A DNA stretch of 45,148 nucleotides. It comes from Ignisphaera sp. GTDB taxonomy: Archaea > Thermoproteota > Thermoprotei_A > Sulfolobales > Ignisphaeraceae. Numbering within the stretch: the stretch's first letter is position 1; the number at the start of each line of letters is the position of its first letter. The notes below the pieces were generated by a model that made no database searches, was not told the DNA's origin, and saw nothing but the letters and a program-made list of their open reading frames with translations. Made by a program: the position numbers and the translations under genes. Positions 9,471 through 19,669 of the stretch are shown here, in pieces. The stretch spans positions 1-45,148 of the forward strand of contig JAWAHS010000012.1 of the NCBI GenBank assembly GCA_038889075.1. The letters run 5' to 3'.

Positions 9471-9917
9471 TTATTTAGCCTCTAGCACTATGCTATAGAC
9501 GTTGCCAGCTTTTGTATAGACCCTAACAGTATACCTAGTGCCAGCAGTAGGAGAGCCGCACCCAGTGATCTTCACTTCACACTCAGCACCACCATTTACT
9601 ATAGCAATTTTTCCAGTGCTATCATACTTACAACCGGTTCCTCCATTACAGCTCACAATTTCTTGGCATGGGCCTAGTCCTGCTACTTCAGCTTTGACTA
9701 TATATGAGGTTGTGGTCCCCAAATTCGTTACATATATAGTTAGATTACCATCATCATACAGTTCGCTGTATGGCATTATTTGTAGGGTTTCTGTTCCTCC
9801 TAGTGTTCCCCACCAGCCCATTATCCATCCTATTACTCCTATTGCTAGTACTAGTGTTACTGCTACTAATATCACTACTGCTATTATTGGTTCGATTCCT
9901 CTGTATAGGCTTCTCAT
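9471..9917 (-). CDS. Type IV pilin, probable major pilin
   Basis: RG|IEPIIAVVILVAVTLVLAI class III signal; own TATA (TTTATAAA ~9959-9966) and SD GGAGGT; C-terminal YTVRVYTKAGNVY. Confidence 0.9.
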   Translation of the reverse strand: MRSLYRGIEPIIAVVILVAVTLVLAIGVIGWIMGWWGTLGGTETLQIMPYSELYDDGNLTIYVTNLGTTTSYIVKAEVAGLGPCQEIVSCNGGTGCKYDSTGKIAIVNGGAECEVKITGCGSPTAGTRYTVRVYTKAGNVYSIVLEAK

Positions 9918-10014
9918 ATATGTGTTACCTCCTATCTAGTATATATTGTTTACGAAGGTTTATAAATGCCATGGTTTTCTTTTGTCTGAACTGATTCTAT
10001 GTGTTCAGCTTCTT

Positions 10015-10410
10015 TCATGTTTTTGTTACTTTTTCGAGTACTGGGTATAGTGTTCCTGTTTTTAGATACAGTTTTATGGTGTACATCGTTTCGTAGCTGT
10101 ATTCTCTGTCTAGCTTTATATGTCTCTGTATTGTTTGTCCTGGTTCAACTTTTATCGAGGGGTCTATTGTGTGTTCCTCTACACCGTATATCTCTACTTT
10201 ATGGATTTCTGCTGTGGAGTCTCCTGCGTTATACACCTCTATGTATAGCCACCAGCCACTCTCATTTCTATATATCCTTGTTTCAAGTATTTTTAGTGAT
10301 TCTGGTCTCCACATCATTGAGTTGTACATTGTTGTTACTAGTGCTATGCCTGCTACTGTTAGTGCTATGGATAGCCCCACCACAAATATCGTGGCGAGCA
10401 GTCTATTCAC
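10015..10410 (-). CDS. Minor pilin-like protein
   Basis: Hydrophobic N-terminus, VYNAGDSTAEIHKVEI and YTIKLYLKTGTLY pilin-like motifs; lacks a clear K/R-G cleavage site. Confidence 0.7.
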   Translation of the reverse strand: MNRLLATIFVVGLSIALTVAGIALVTTMYNSMMWRPESLKILETRIYRNESGWWLYIEVYNAGDSTAEIHKVEIYGVEEHTIDPSIKVEPGQTIQRHIKLDREYSYETMYTIKLYLKTGTLYPVLEKVTKT

Positions 10411-10413
10411 AGT

Positions 10414-12252
10414 CTATGCACCTAGATAGGTGAGTGTTGCTATTAGTGCTGTTGCTGATAGTGTTGATAGTATTGCTGCGTGGAGGAATCCTGCTGCTAT
10501 TGTTGCCTGTGACGATTTTCCTGCTATCAGCCCCATTATGTAGGAGTTTACGATGTTTCCAATACCCATTACGAATAGAAGTGGTGTTGCCGTCGCCAGT
10601 GATATGTTTGCCATTGTGAGTAGCATGTAGAGTATTATTATAGGCATTGTTGCAAGCATTACTGCTCCAAAGTATGGGAGGATTACCTGTGTTCTCATTC
10701 TCCTCCTAGTCTCCTCCTCGAGCTCGCTTAGAATCTGGGTGAATCTAGCCAGCACATCTACTACCTCTGGCGACCCTCCACCAACAACAACGGAATCTGC
10801 TAGGAATCTAAGCGATGCTACTACAAACCACTCCTTTACACCCCTAAGGGCTCTTCTAAGAGCATCCTCTAGGCTAAAGCCTATGGAGAGTGCAGCTGCA
10901 GCTCTCGTAACGATTGGCGATAGCATTCTGTAGTCTCTTGCAGAGAGCATCACTATACACTTCTCTGGAGCTAGACCTGTCTTCCTAACCTCACTCAAAT
11001 CCCTTAGAAAATCTGCAGTTGCTCTAACAATACCTCTGTATCCCTTCACCATAGCTCTGTAGACGAGCCACGGAGGTAGGGAGAGGGTTAGAATAGCTAC
11101 AGCTAGCGATATCATTACGGACTTTACCACACCTAGATTTAAGACACCGAGAAGCAGATCCATACCACCGGTAGCTACAAGAGCAACTACAAATGCTGCT
11201 ATGGATATGGGTATAAATGTGATAAAGGTTGCATAAGCCCTTCCATAGTTTACAGGAGTTCTCGGCTGGTTTAGGTGGATTGCAAATGCGATAGCTATAC
11301 CCATTAGTGGAAGTACTAGGAAGTTGTACAGCGATGGCATTGTGATATCCATGGCTATAGCTATCTCTCCAGGGCTTCTCGCAGCCTGTGCAGCTGTAAT
11401 TGCACCAGAGACTGCAAAGAATACAAATAGTGTTACAGAGACTATTACACCGAATATGGTGTAGACCTCGAGATAGGATGCAAGTCTACCCATGATGGCC
11501 TTAATCTCGTTTGTCCTTGACTCAAAGAGCTCCCTAGTCCTAATCTCGAGATAGTGAACAACATCACCACCACTTCTAAGCGTTGTTGTATAGCCTAGCA
11601 TGAGATCTCTAAACCTTGTACTTGGATGTCGAATAGCGACATACTCTAGAGCAGTCAGTGGATCGTCTCCAAACATCCTAATCCTTGTCATAATCCTCTG
11701 GGCCTCTCTCCTAATACCTCTAAATATCTTAAGATGGGCAACTCTTTCAATAACCTTCTCAAAGCTGTAGCCACCTCTAACCATAGTCGATATGTATGCC
11801 ATGAAGAAGGGAAGCTCATTCTCAACCTCAGCTCTCCTCATAGAGGCTAGTATACCTGGGTATGAGAGTCTGTAGGAGAATACAACTATAGGCAGTACTA
11901 TGGCTATGAGGATGGCTATGACCATGTATGGAAGCGGTGGAGGTGCGAAGATGTATATGAGGACTGTAGTTAGTGTGGTGAATAGTGCTGTGAATAGGGT
12001 GAGGGCTATAGTTGATGCAGCGTATTTGACCGGGTGTATCGAGAGGCCTGCTCTATCTATAGCTTTATTAAGCTCAAATGTCTTTGCAAGTGCTCTTCCC
12101 CATGATTCAAAGAAGCTGAGGGAGAGAGCTGTAAAGACTTCCCCTACAGTTGGTGTTCTCCTTCTCATACCGGTTCTAGATTTCTGTAGGGCATCGGTAT
12201 CGGTACTGCCCTCCTTTTTCTTTCTTTTTATAAGCTGGAGCTTTGGTGCTAT
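10414..12252 (-). CDS. Type IV pilus assembly membrane platform protein (TadC/T2SS-F, two repeats)
   Basis: ENELPFFMAYI and DFLRDLSE T2SS-F domains, multiple TM helices. ORF-track ATG is at 12168; the frame is open to an SD-linked ATA at 12252. Confidence 0.9.
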   Translation of the reverse strand: MAPKLQLIKRKKKEGSTDTDALQKSRTGMRRRTPTVGEVFTALSLSFFESWGRALAKTFELNKAIDRAGLSIHPVKYAASTIALTLFTALFTTLTTVLIYIFAPPPLPYMVIAILIAIVLPIVVFSYRLSYPGILASMRRAEVENELPFFMAYISTMVRGGYSFEKVIERVAHLKIFRGIRREAQRIMTRIRMFGDDPLTALEYVAIRHPSTRFRDLMLGYTTTLRSGGDVVHYLEIRTRELFESRTNEIKAIMGRLASYLEVYTIFGVIVSVTLFVFFAVSGAITAAQAARSPGEIAIAMDITMPSLYNFLVLPLMGIAIAFAIHLNQPRTPVNYGRAYATFITFIPISIAAFVVALVATGGMDLLLGVLNLGVVKSVMISLAVAILTLSLPPWLVYRAMVKGYRGIVRATADFLRDLSEVRKTGLAPEKCIVMLSARDYRMLSPIVTRAAAALSIGFSLEDALRRALRGVKEWFVVASLRFLADSVVVGGGSPEVVDVLARFTQILSELEEETRRRMRTQVILPYFGAVMLATMPIIILYMLLTMANISLATATPLLFVMGIGNIVNSYIMGLIAGKSSQATIAAGFLHAAILSTLSATALIATLTYLGA

Positions 12253-13877
12253 TGCATTTCACCTACTCCAGCTATACCAATTGCCTTAAGTGTGCCGATG
12301 GGATCCATATAGTATCTGTAGATATATGTTGCAACAGATCTATAGTCATTTTTACCCGTCTCTACAAGCCATTCAAGTATAGCTCTTCTCCTCCCAAGCT
12401 CCTCTAGTAGGCTGTCGATTGAGAGTCCCGATAGTTCACCTATTCTCCTCAGCATAACACTGTTTTTAAGGTCTATGGAGAAGGTATCCTCTACAGGATT
12501 CCACCTGGCTATCTCTACATAGTCGTTGAAGCCCCTAACCTCCCATATATTTGTTATTCTTCTAGCAGGTCTTATCCTACCCCTTTCATCTCTTATCTGA
12601 ACCCTTCTAATAACCATAGCAATGTTTACTAGGGGTATGTACGACTCTGGTATATCCATAGGCTTTGATGTAAGCCTCTTTACAGCAGCATCTATACTCT
12701 CTGCATGTAGTGTTGTCATACCGCTGTGTCCTGTTGCAATGGCCTGGAAGAGTACGAATGCTTCCTCACCCCTCACCTCGCCAACTATAATTACATCGGG
12801 TCTGTATCTAAGGGAGAGTCTAACTAGGTGGAAGAGGGAGACCTCACCAACACCGCTACCTATATACGATGGTCTTGAGACGAGCTGTACCCAGTTATCG
12901 TGGGGAAGCCTAAGCTCGGGGGTGTCTTCAATGGTTACCACCTTGTATGTTGGTCTGAGAAGTGTTGCTAGGGCATTTAGTGTAGAGGTTTTACCCGAGC
13001 CGGTGACACCGAGTATGAGTGTTGTTAGTTTGTAGTCCATTGCAAGCCAGAAGTAGGATGCTATCTCGGGGGAGATGGTTTTGAAGCTAATCATGTCAGC
13101 TATAGTTATCGGAGATTCGCTGAACTTTCTAATGGTGAATGTCGAGCCTGATGTAGAGACCTCTCTCCTAAATGTTGCAGCAAGTCTGTGTCCACCAGGT
13201 AGGATAGCATCTAGAACGGGGTAGGCTACAGAGATGTGCTTTCCAGCCATATGGGCGAGCTTGAGTATGTATTCATCGAGCTCCTCCTCACTGGAGAACT
13301 CTATATTTGTTGGAATGGATTCGTACTTCCTATGCCATACATAGACAGGCTTCTTAGGACCGTTGCAGGATATATCCTCTATATACCTATCCCTGAAGAT
13401 GGGATCCAGAATACCGTAGCCAGCCAAATCCCTCTCAACATAGTACTCTATCTTACTCCACGATAAGCCGGGTGTCTTTGTAAATCTGATCTGAAACTCT
13501 CTGATAACCCTTCTAGCTGTCTTCAGAACCTCTCTAGTAGCATCAACATCTAGAGAAGTTACGGGCTTAAGTTCCCATATAATGAAATCCTTAATCTGGT
13601 TGTATATCCTCTGCTCATCCTCAGAGAGGGAGATCTCGTAAACCTCGTAGTATATTCTTCCAGTAGCTTCATCTTCAACGATATTTATGTATGCAAAGGG
13701 TTCTCGAACAGGGTAGGACTCTATCTTTCTATACCCTTTCAATGTACTGAACAGCTTGTGTAGAGCTCTATAGGATATCTGAAGAGAATGCTCATCCACT
13801 TCAGGCTTAGCCTCTACAGACCGAGTCCTAGACCCCCGTCTAAACATCTGTATAAACCTGTCAATAGGGTTTGCCAT
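12249..13877 (-). CDS. Type II/IV secretion system (pilus assembly) ATPase
   Basis: GVTGSGKT Walker A, TIEDTPEL Asp box, LRYRPDVIIVGEVRG, TGHSGMTTLHA His box. Start set at ATG 13877 (MANPIDRF). Confidence 0.95.
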   Translation of the reverse strand: MANPIDRFIQMFRRGSRTRSVEAKPEVDEHSLQISYRALHKLFSTLKGYRKIESYPVREPFAYINIVEDEATGRIYYEVYEISLSEDEQRIYNQIKDFIIWELKPVTSLDVDATREVLKTARRVIREFQIRFTKTPGLSWSKIEYYVERDLAGYGILDPIFRDRYIEDISCNGPKKPVYVWHRKYESIPTNIEFSSEEELDEYILKLAHMAGKHISVAYPVLDAILPGGHRLAATFRREVSTSGSTFTIRKFSESPITIADMISFKTISPEIASYFWLAMDYKLTTLILGVTGSGKTSTLNALATLLRPTYKVVTIEDTPELRLPHDNWVQLVSRPSYIGSGVGEVSLFHLVRLSLRYRPDVIIVGEVRGEEAFVLFQAIATGHSGMTTLHAESIDAAVKRLTSKPMDIPESYIPLVNIAMVIRRVQIRDERGRIRPARRITNIWEVRGFNDYVEIARWNPVEDTFSIDLKNSVMLRRIGELSGLSIDSLLEELGRRRAILEWLVETGKNDYRSVATYIYRYYMDPIGTLKAIGIAGVGEMQ

Positions 13878-14005
13878 ACAATCACTCAACAGATAATAGC
13901 TATAGGAAGATATATGGGTAACAGGGTATATAAACATCTCTGAAAAATTTATAAAACCATCTCTAGATATATAATAACAAGTATCTAACGCTATAGGTTT
14001 GTTAT

Positions 14006-17000
14006 ATGAACTGTAGATCAACCCTCTATACCCTAATAATTGTAGCCTCCATGCTATTACTATCCCTACCTAATATATATGCGGAATTTGTACAGCCAAG
14101 GAATATGACGATCAGCTACAATTTTGATATATCGCATCTGGGGGTGGCACCAAGGTATATAGCCGCTATAGATATTGATAGACTACTTGTAGCAGGCTCT
14201 GTAAATAATAGTAATGGAGTAGCCATACTAAATGTTAACGACCCCTATATAGGGGCCGTTGTTGAGCAGATATATCCATTGACGGGTAGCCCAACATGTG
14301 TAGCTGTAGATGGCTTCCCTATAAAGAGGATTGCCGTTGGCAGTGACAGAGGCGAGATTCTGCTATTCAATATTGAAGGTGGTAGAATAACAGGGTATCT
14401 ATATACTGTGCTGGGAGCGGACTTCTATATAAACAAGGTATACCTTGTAGAAGCACCAAACTCATCTAAGGTAATCGCCCTTGCTAGCGAAGGCGGTCCG
14501 AGAACAGTACCGTGTACAAGGTGCTACGTATATGTATTCGACGAACGTTCACCGGGGATTATGAGAATTGGTCCGAGAACAGGCAACGCTACTACAAGTA
14601 TTGAAAGGGTGTATGTACAGGATATAGCACCTCTAACGATATTCGATTCCTCTAAGATATATCGTAACGCATCGCTGGTTGCCCTAACCTATATACCAGC
14701 AGCTCTTATAACGCTAGAGTTCAGTATCCTGTATCTATACAACAATACGCTCTATCCAGCTGCAAATACATTGGTAGAGGTCTTGGCATACGATAAAGCT
14801 AGAGGTATAAGCTATCTATATGGTGTCAATGCCGATAGTAGAGGGAACATATCCATACCGGTGCTTATGGGGCTATATGCAAATCTTACAATAAGGGATA
14901 TAACTGGGAGAGTTATTTGGAGCACGGTATTCGATCCATCGAAACACGTAGCTATCGATAACACTGTTACACTTCCACCGGTTATAGTAACAGCTCCACC
15001 TGATACGAGGCGTGCTACGAGAGTCTATGGAACACCAGAGTTTCTCAAGGTCGCCATAGAGGTTCTAGATGTATCTAGTGCTCCAGCTAGATATACTACT
15101 GTTGCTTCTGCAAACTTTAGACTCGATATAGATACAGAGGGCTTCAACTTTATAGCAAATGCGAGAGAACCCATCTATACACTTGTGTTTGGAAATCCGT
15201 CTAGGGGGGAGCTGAGTCTCATTAGGGTAGCGGTAGCTGGTAAAACTCTTCGGAGGATACTTCAAACGGTAGACTATATAGGTCTTGCTACAGTACCTGT
15301 AGCAACGGTGACATATGTAGATGGTAGCTATATACATGTAGCTCTCTCAGATGGAAGGATAAGGGTCTTTAGAATCACACCATATAACTATACACTGTAC
15401 TACATCTATCCGATGGATGCACCGATAAGGAAGTTCCTACCTATACCAACGATAGAAGGCTACACATATACAGCGATAACAACTAGAGGCATACAAATCC
15501 TAACAGCATCACCAATACAGATACCGGTAATAAGAAACTTGACAACACTGTATGGAACCGTGCCAAACTATGTAGATAGCGATGCCCTAGCCGATCTATC
15601 AGCAATATTCCTAGCATCCTCAAATAGCATAACTGTAGTTAGAAATATGGTTAATGCTGCTAGGGAGAGGAGAGTACTTACACTAGATGAGATTAGAGCT
15701 CCAACCATAGTGGTGAAAATATCTCTACCTGGGAACGAAACCTATGAAAAAATCGTTGCCAACTTTACCTATCCTCAGAATACAGTTAGGCTTAAACCTG
15801 ATGAAAATGGCTTTATGAGAATCGCTAATTTAGTACCGGGAATAAGGTACAGCCTACATATATCGTATAAAGAGCCGTATGTGGTACCAGAGAATAGAAC
15901 TATAGTGCTTACAAGCTTTAGAGACGAGTTCATCGAGGTTCCAATGAAGTATAGAGAGTATACAGTCAAGGTAAAGGTTAGCGATCCGCTGAGTAGAGAG
16001 CCGATAGCACCATACAATATGTATATGGATGGTAGGCTAGTTGCTGAAGAGGTAAAGCTACCAGAAATCTCAATCAAGGCTATATACGGTTCCCACACAA
16101 TTGCTGTAGAGCCCGCCAAAGGCTATGAGGCGGTGTATGAACCGTCTATCCAGAGCCTATATGTTGATAGCGATAAGGAGCTGGAGATCCAGCTATTTAG
16201 GAAGAGCTATACGCTGACACTCTATATCGTAGACCGGGTATCGAATACCTCACCTATAGCCCCTGTACAGATAAGGCTTCCAGCAACCGGAATGGTATAC
16301 ACCCTACCACCAGGCGACCATCTAGAGATAGCAGTTCTCTTCGGTAATATGACAATCTATGTAGAGCCAGCAAGAGGTTGGGAGCGGGCCTATAGCCCAA
16401 CAGCAACTATTGTCGAGGTTTCAAGAGACACCGTATATATTGTCTATATAGATAGGGTAAAGTATGGAGTAAGGCTAAATGTACTTGACGGGTATACACA
16501 TAGTCTGGTAGCACCTGTAGAAATCCTCGTTAATGGTACCACGGTCTATAGAGGTTCTAGGAATACCGTAGATCTCGTATTGGATTATGGTGTATGGAAC
16601 CTGACAATCGCACCGCATAGAGAAGGAGCATACACCACCTACACCACGGTGTTGTATATTGATAGTGATAGGGAACTGATGTATGTACTGAATAGAACAC
16701 TATATGGAGTTGTACTTGAGGTTAGAGATGTATATGGATCACTGCTAACACCATTAAACATATCTATAAGCGGTGTAGTTAATACTAGCCAGGTAATAAA
16801 GCCCCCTACAACGAGAACAAGCTTCACCCTACCATATGGAGTATACAAAGTGTATGTAGAGCCTGTAGGGGATGCAAGGAAAATCTATATACCAGCGGCT
16901 ATAGACCTTACAGTTAAATCGGACTTACTTGAAACGATAGAGATTGAGAGGATTAGATATAAGCTGGATATAGCTATCCGTGATGTACCTATAGGAAGGC

Positions 17001-17581
17001 TTGTTGGTATATTTGATCTATATGCAAACAAGAGTAGAGTATATAGTGGAATTAAAGGTACAGCCTCTATAGAGATCCCATGTGGAGTCTATAGTATAGA
17101 ACTGGTGCCCCAATCACCATGGGATGCATTCTACGAGCCTTCAAGACCCATTGTTACACCTATATTCAATGATACATCCATCATCGTTTCCGTAAATAGA
17201 AAAAGCTTTAACCTGAGGATAACTGCGGTAGAGGGGGTATCACCGGTAAAGAATGCGGTTGTAGCTATAGAGAGTCTCGAGACTGGTATTACGATAACAC
17301 AGCTGATAACCGATGAGAATGGGATTATATCCACAAAGGTGCCGTATGGAACCTATAGAGTGGCTGTTACACACCCAGACTACTATCCATACGAGCTAGT
17401 GGTGAACATTGCTAGCGATGTCTATGAGATTGCCTATTTGAGACCAGCTATAGTAACCCTTGTAATGAGATACCTGCCCATAGTGCTTACACTGGTTGGT
17501 GTAGCAGTGGCTATATACATTATCCTAAAGATTAGGGCTATTATAGCGAGAAGGCTTGCTCCTGAGGAGGAGCTGTTCTAG
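14006..17581 (+). CDS. Large membrane-anchored surface protein (signal peptide, beta-propeller-like region, repeated PEGA/Ig-like domains, C-terminal TM)
   Basis: Sec signal; repeats of roughly 85 aa containing YGxYxxxVxP…YxP; many N-x-S/T sequons; C-terminal TM helix plus basic tail. Confidence 0.85.
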   Translation: MNCRSTLYTLIIVASMLLLSLPNIYAEFVQPRNMTISYNFDISHLGVAPRYIAAIDIDRLLVAGSVNNSNGVAILNVNDPYIGAVVEQIYPLTGSPTCVAVDGFPIKRIAVGSDRGEILLFNIEGGRITGYLYTVLGADFYINKVYLVEAPNSSKVIALASEGGPRTVPCTRCYVYVFDERSPGIMRIGPRTGNATTSIERVYVQDIAPLTIFDSSKIYRNASLVALTYIPAALITLEFSILYLYNNTLYPAANTLVEVLAYDKARGISYLYGVNADSRGNISIPVLMGLYANLTIRDITGRVIWSTVFDPSKHVAIDNTVTLPPVIVTAPPDTRRATRVYGTPEFLKVAIEVLDVSSAPARYTTVASANFRLDIDTEGFNFIANAREPIYTLVFGNPSRGELSLIRVAVAGKTLRRILQTVDYIGLATVPVATVTYVDGSYIHVALSDGRIRVFRITPYNYTLYYIYPMDAPIRKFLPIPTIEGYTYTAITTRGIQILTASPIQIPVIRNLTTLYGTVPNYVDSDALADLSAIFLASSNSITVVRNMVNAARERRVLTLDEIRAPTIVVKISLPGNETYEKIVANFTYPQNTVRLKPDENGFMRIANLVPGIRYSLHISYKEPYVVPENRTIVLTSFRDEFIEVPMKYREYTVKVKVSDPLSREPIAPYNMYMDGRLVAEEVKLPEISIKAIYGSHTIAVEPAKGYEAVYEPSIQSLYVDSDKELEIQLFRKSYTLTLYIVDRVSNTSPIAPVQIRLPATGMVYTLPPGDHLEIAVLFGNMTIYVEPARGWERAYSPTATIVEVSRDTVYIVYIDRVKYGVRLNVLDGYTHSLVAPVEILVNGTTVYRGSRNTVDLVLDYGVWNLTIAPHREGAYTTYTTVLYIDSDRELMYVLNRTLYGVVLEVRDVYGSLLTPLNISISGVVNTSQVIKPPTTRTSFTLPYGVYKVYVEPVGDARKIYIPAAIDLTVKSDLLETIEIERIRYKLDIAIRDVPIGRLVGIFDLYANKSRVYSGIKGTASIEIPCGVYSIELVPQSPWDAFYEPSRPIVTPIFNDTSIIVSVNRKSFNLRITAVEGVSPVKNAVVAIESLETGITITQLITDENGIISTKVPYGTYRVAVTHPDYYPYELVVNIASDVYEIAYLRPAIVTLVMRYLPIVLTLVGVAVAIYIILKIRAIIARRLAPEEELF

Positions 17582-17628
17582 TAGATGGGTTTTAGGAAAA
17601 ATAAAAATATTTATGTATTTTTCCAACG

Positions 17629-18051
17629 CTATATAAATCTGAGTAGGACTACCTTAGGTATATCATCGCTGTATATTACTGTTAGCCTAATCTCAACATC
17701 TATATTGCCGAGAATTTCAACCTCTTTTCTAATAGCTGTAAGAAGCATTATCCTATTATTGAGGGATTCTATAGCAGTTTCGTAGGCTGTAAGCTCCTGT
17801 GCTGGTACAGGATTTACAACAATCCTTATGTTCCTCAGTGCTATCTCGTTTTGTGATGAGGGTTCTGGTAGCCCTAATCTACCAAGGATGCTTCTAAGCT
17901 TCTTTTCCTGCTCAACCTTTACTCTAAGTTCCTCAACCTTCTTAAGCATCTCCCCAAGTCTTCTCCTAAGCTCTGCAATACTGTCATCGATATATTTCAT
18001 AAATTCTCCGATGCTATTAAACTCCTTTACACTACTACTCATATGCTCCAC
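17629..18051 (-). CDS. Conserved hypothetical coiled-coil protein
   Basis: Heptad-rich helices and typical codon usage; probable ATG at 18042 after SD GGGTGG. Confidence 0.75.
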   Translation of the reverse strand: MEHMSSSVKEFNSIGEFMKYIDDSIAELRRRLGEMLKKVEELRVKVEQEKKLRSILGRLGLPEPSSQNEIALRNIRIVVNPVPAQELTAYETAIESLNNRIMLLTAIRKEVEILGNIDVEIRLTVIYSDDIPKVVLLRFI

Positions 18052-18168
18052 CCATTGTATCCTCTAGAAATAGATTTAAGAACCGCTATATATATATTTT
18101 GGAGTAGCAACTACTCCCAGTTTGGAATACATACTGTGATCTAGAGGTATCTAGGTGATGCATATACA

Positions 18169-18918
18169 ATGTTTCTAAGTAAGGGGAATACCATTGAAAC
18201 CGTTAGTGCTGGTGTAAGAACCTTTAGAAATGTTCTCAGTAGCTATATTAGCAAAAGGTTTACCGGTCGCATAACCTATAGGTATCCGGCTGAAGGAATC
18301 TTCATATCTATAGAGATGGTAGAAGGTGCTATTACAGCATGTAGAGGTGTAGCTCTGGGGAATCTATACGAAGGTGTTAGCTGTTGTGAGGTTGCTGTAG
18401 ATTATCTAGATAGTGTGGAGGGTAGCATAGAGGTTGTGGAGATCAAAGCAGATGCAATTATAAACGATACGCTGGTCTTTCCATCCTCTAAAATAGAGGG
18501 GGAGACAGTGCTACACAAACAGCTTGCAGCACCGCTGAAACTGGTTGAAGAGAAGCAGACTAAGCAGATAGAAATAGCACAACCTATACCCATAAAAAGG
18601 ACTACAGTATCTAGTGAGTGCATAGATCCACTCCAGCTCTATAGCATACTAAAAACATCCCAGCTAGTCTTTCAGACAAACAACCCACTTCAGCACATAG
18701 ATATCGAGAAGATGGTAGACGAGCTAAAGAATAGAAACCCAGTACACATCTATATAAGCAGTACCGTAGATGGCCAAACGCTACGCATACTCATAGATAT
18801 AGCCAACAGAATAGAATACTATCAACTTGAAACGGAAGGAGATAACATATGTGGTGAGGAAGCCTATAGACAATATATTCAGAAAAAACTCCTAAATACA
18901 AAAATATGGCTACAATAG
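18169..18918 (+). CDS. DUF2226/PATAN-like domain protein, possibly two repeats
   Basis: FTGRITY…IEMVEGAITAC…LYEG and a second-half …ICGEEAY pattern; SD AGGTGA. Confidence 0.6.
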   Translation: MFLSKGNTIETVSAGVRTFRNVLSSYISKRFTGRITYRYPAEGIFISIEMVEGAITACRGVALGNLYEGVSCCEVAVDYLDSVEGSIEVVEIKADAIINDTLVFPSSKIEGETVLHKQLAAPLKLVEEKQTKQIEIAQPIPIKRTTVSSECIDPLQLYSILKTSQLVFQTNNPLQHIDIEKMVDELKNRNPVHIYISSTVDGQTLRILIDIANRIEYYQLETEGDNICGEEAYRQYIQKKLLNTKIWLQ

Positions 18919-19010
18919 CTCTAGCTACATAAAGGGCACCTCAATCCATCGGGCAATTTGTACCCATTCTTATAAACACCAGTATTGCATAGCTATATAC
19001 CGGTGGATCT

Positions 19011-19298
19011 ATGACCAATCCGTATACTGAGGAATGGATTTGGAAAATGGTTGGCGACGCATATAGGAGGGCAGAGGCTATGAGGAGCGTAGGGCTCTAT
19101 AGAGAGGCTAGAAACGAGATTCTCACAGCAATAGTAACAGCTCTAATATCGGTGAGAATCCACTGTAGCTATAGTGAGCTAGATCCTGCTGCATGCGGCT
19201 ACATTGAAGATTCTCTAAAGAATGCGATTAGAGAACACAGTTCGTATAGGGCATCGGACGACGGTAATCTCCTAGATATAGAGCTGCTTCCCTCCTAA
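19011..19298 (+). CDS. Hypothetical protein
   Basis: 95-aa ORF with TATA-like TTATAAAA (~18970) and SD GGTGG. Confidence 0.6.
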   Translation: MTNPYTEEWIWKMVGDAYRRAEAMRSVGLYREARNEILTAIVTALISVRIHCSYSELDPAACGYIEDSLKNAIREHSSYRASDDGNLLDIELLPS

Positions 19299-19349
19299 TT
19301 TTCTATGGAAATGTTTACAGGCTATGTTTTTGTTTATATTTTTGCAAAG

Positions 19350-19535
19350 GCTTTGGATGGTGATGGGAGCAGTGATCCAAGCTACCTAGGGCTACCTGTA
19401 GATGGGAGCTGTATTCTATTCGGCTTGACAGCCGCCCACGGATCCACAGGGATTACACAAATTCAATCAATGAACAGATATGAAAAACGAAACAATTGCG
19501 CAAGGCGGAAGTCCCTAGATATGAATAAACATTAA
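19350..19535 (+). ncRNA. Structured ncRNA / tnpB 3'-end remnant of a second lineage, copy D
   Basis: TATA-like TTTATATT at 19333; stems TTGGA/TCCAA with internal TGATG…GTGA, CCTGTAGAT/ATCCACAGG and CTAGGG/CCCTAG. Translation (…VDGS…GLTAAH…ARRKSLD) resembles recalled crenarchaeal TnpB C-termini. Confidence 0.45.
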
Positions 19536-19669
19536 GTAGCAAAAATGTATATCCAGGGACAAACAGTGAGAAAAGTGCTGAGCTTTTTATAGGGAGATTA
19601 GCTGTAGAAGAAGGAAAGGATTGATGTAGGAATTTGGTATGGAAGATTGCACTACTTGGCAGTGCTTTA

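Noticed and set aside
7484-13877. Archaellum operon
   Set aside because: No ArlH, ArlF/G or archaellin-length ArlB; the organisation fits a pilus.
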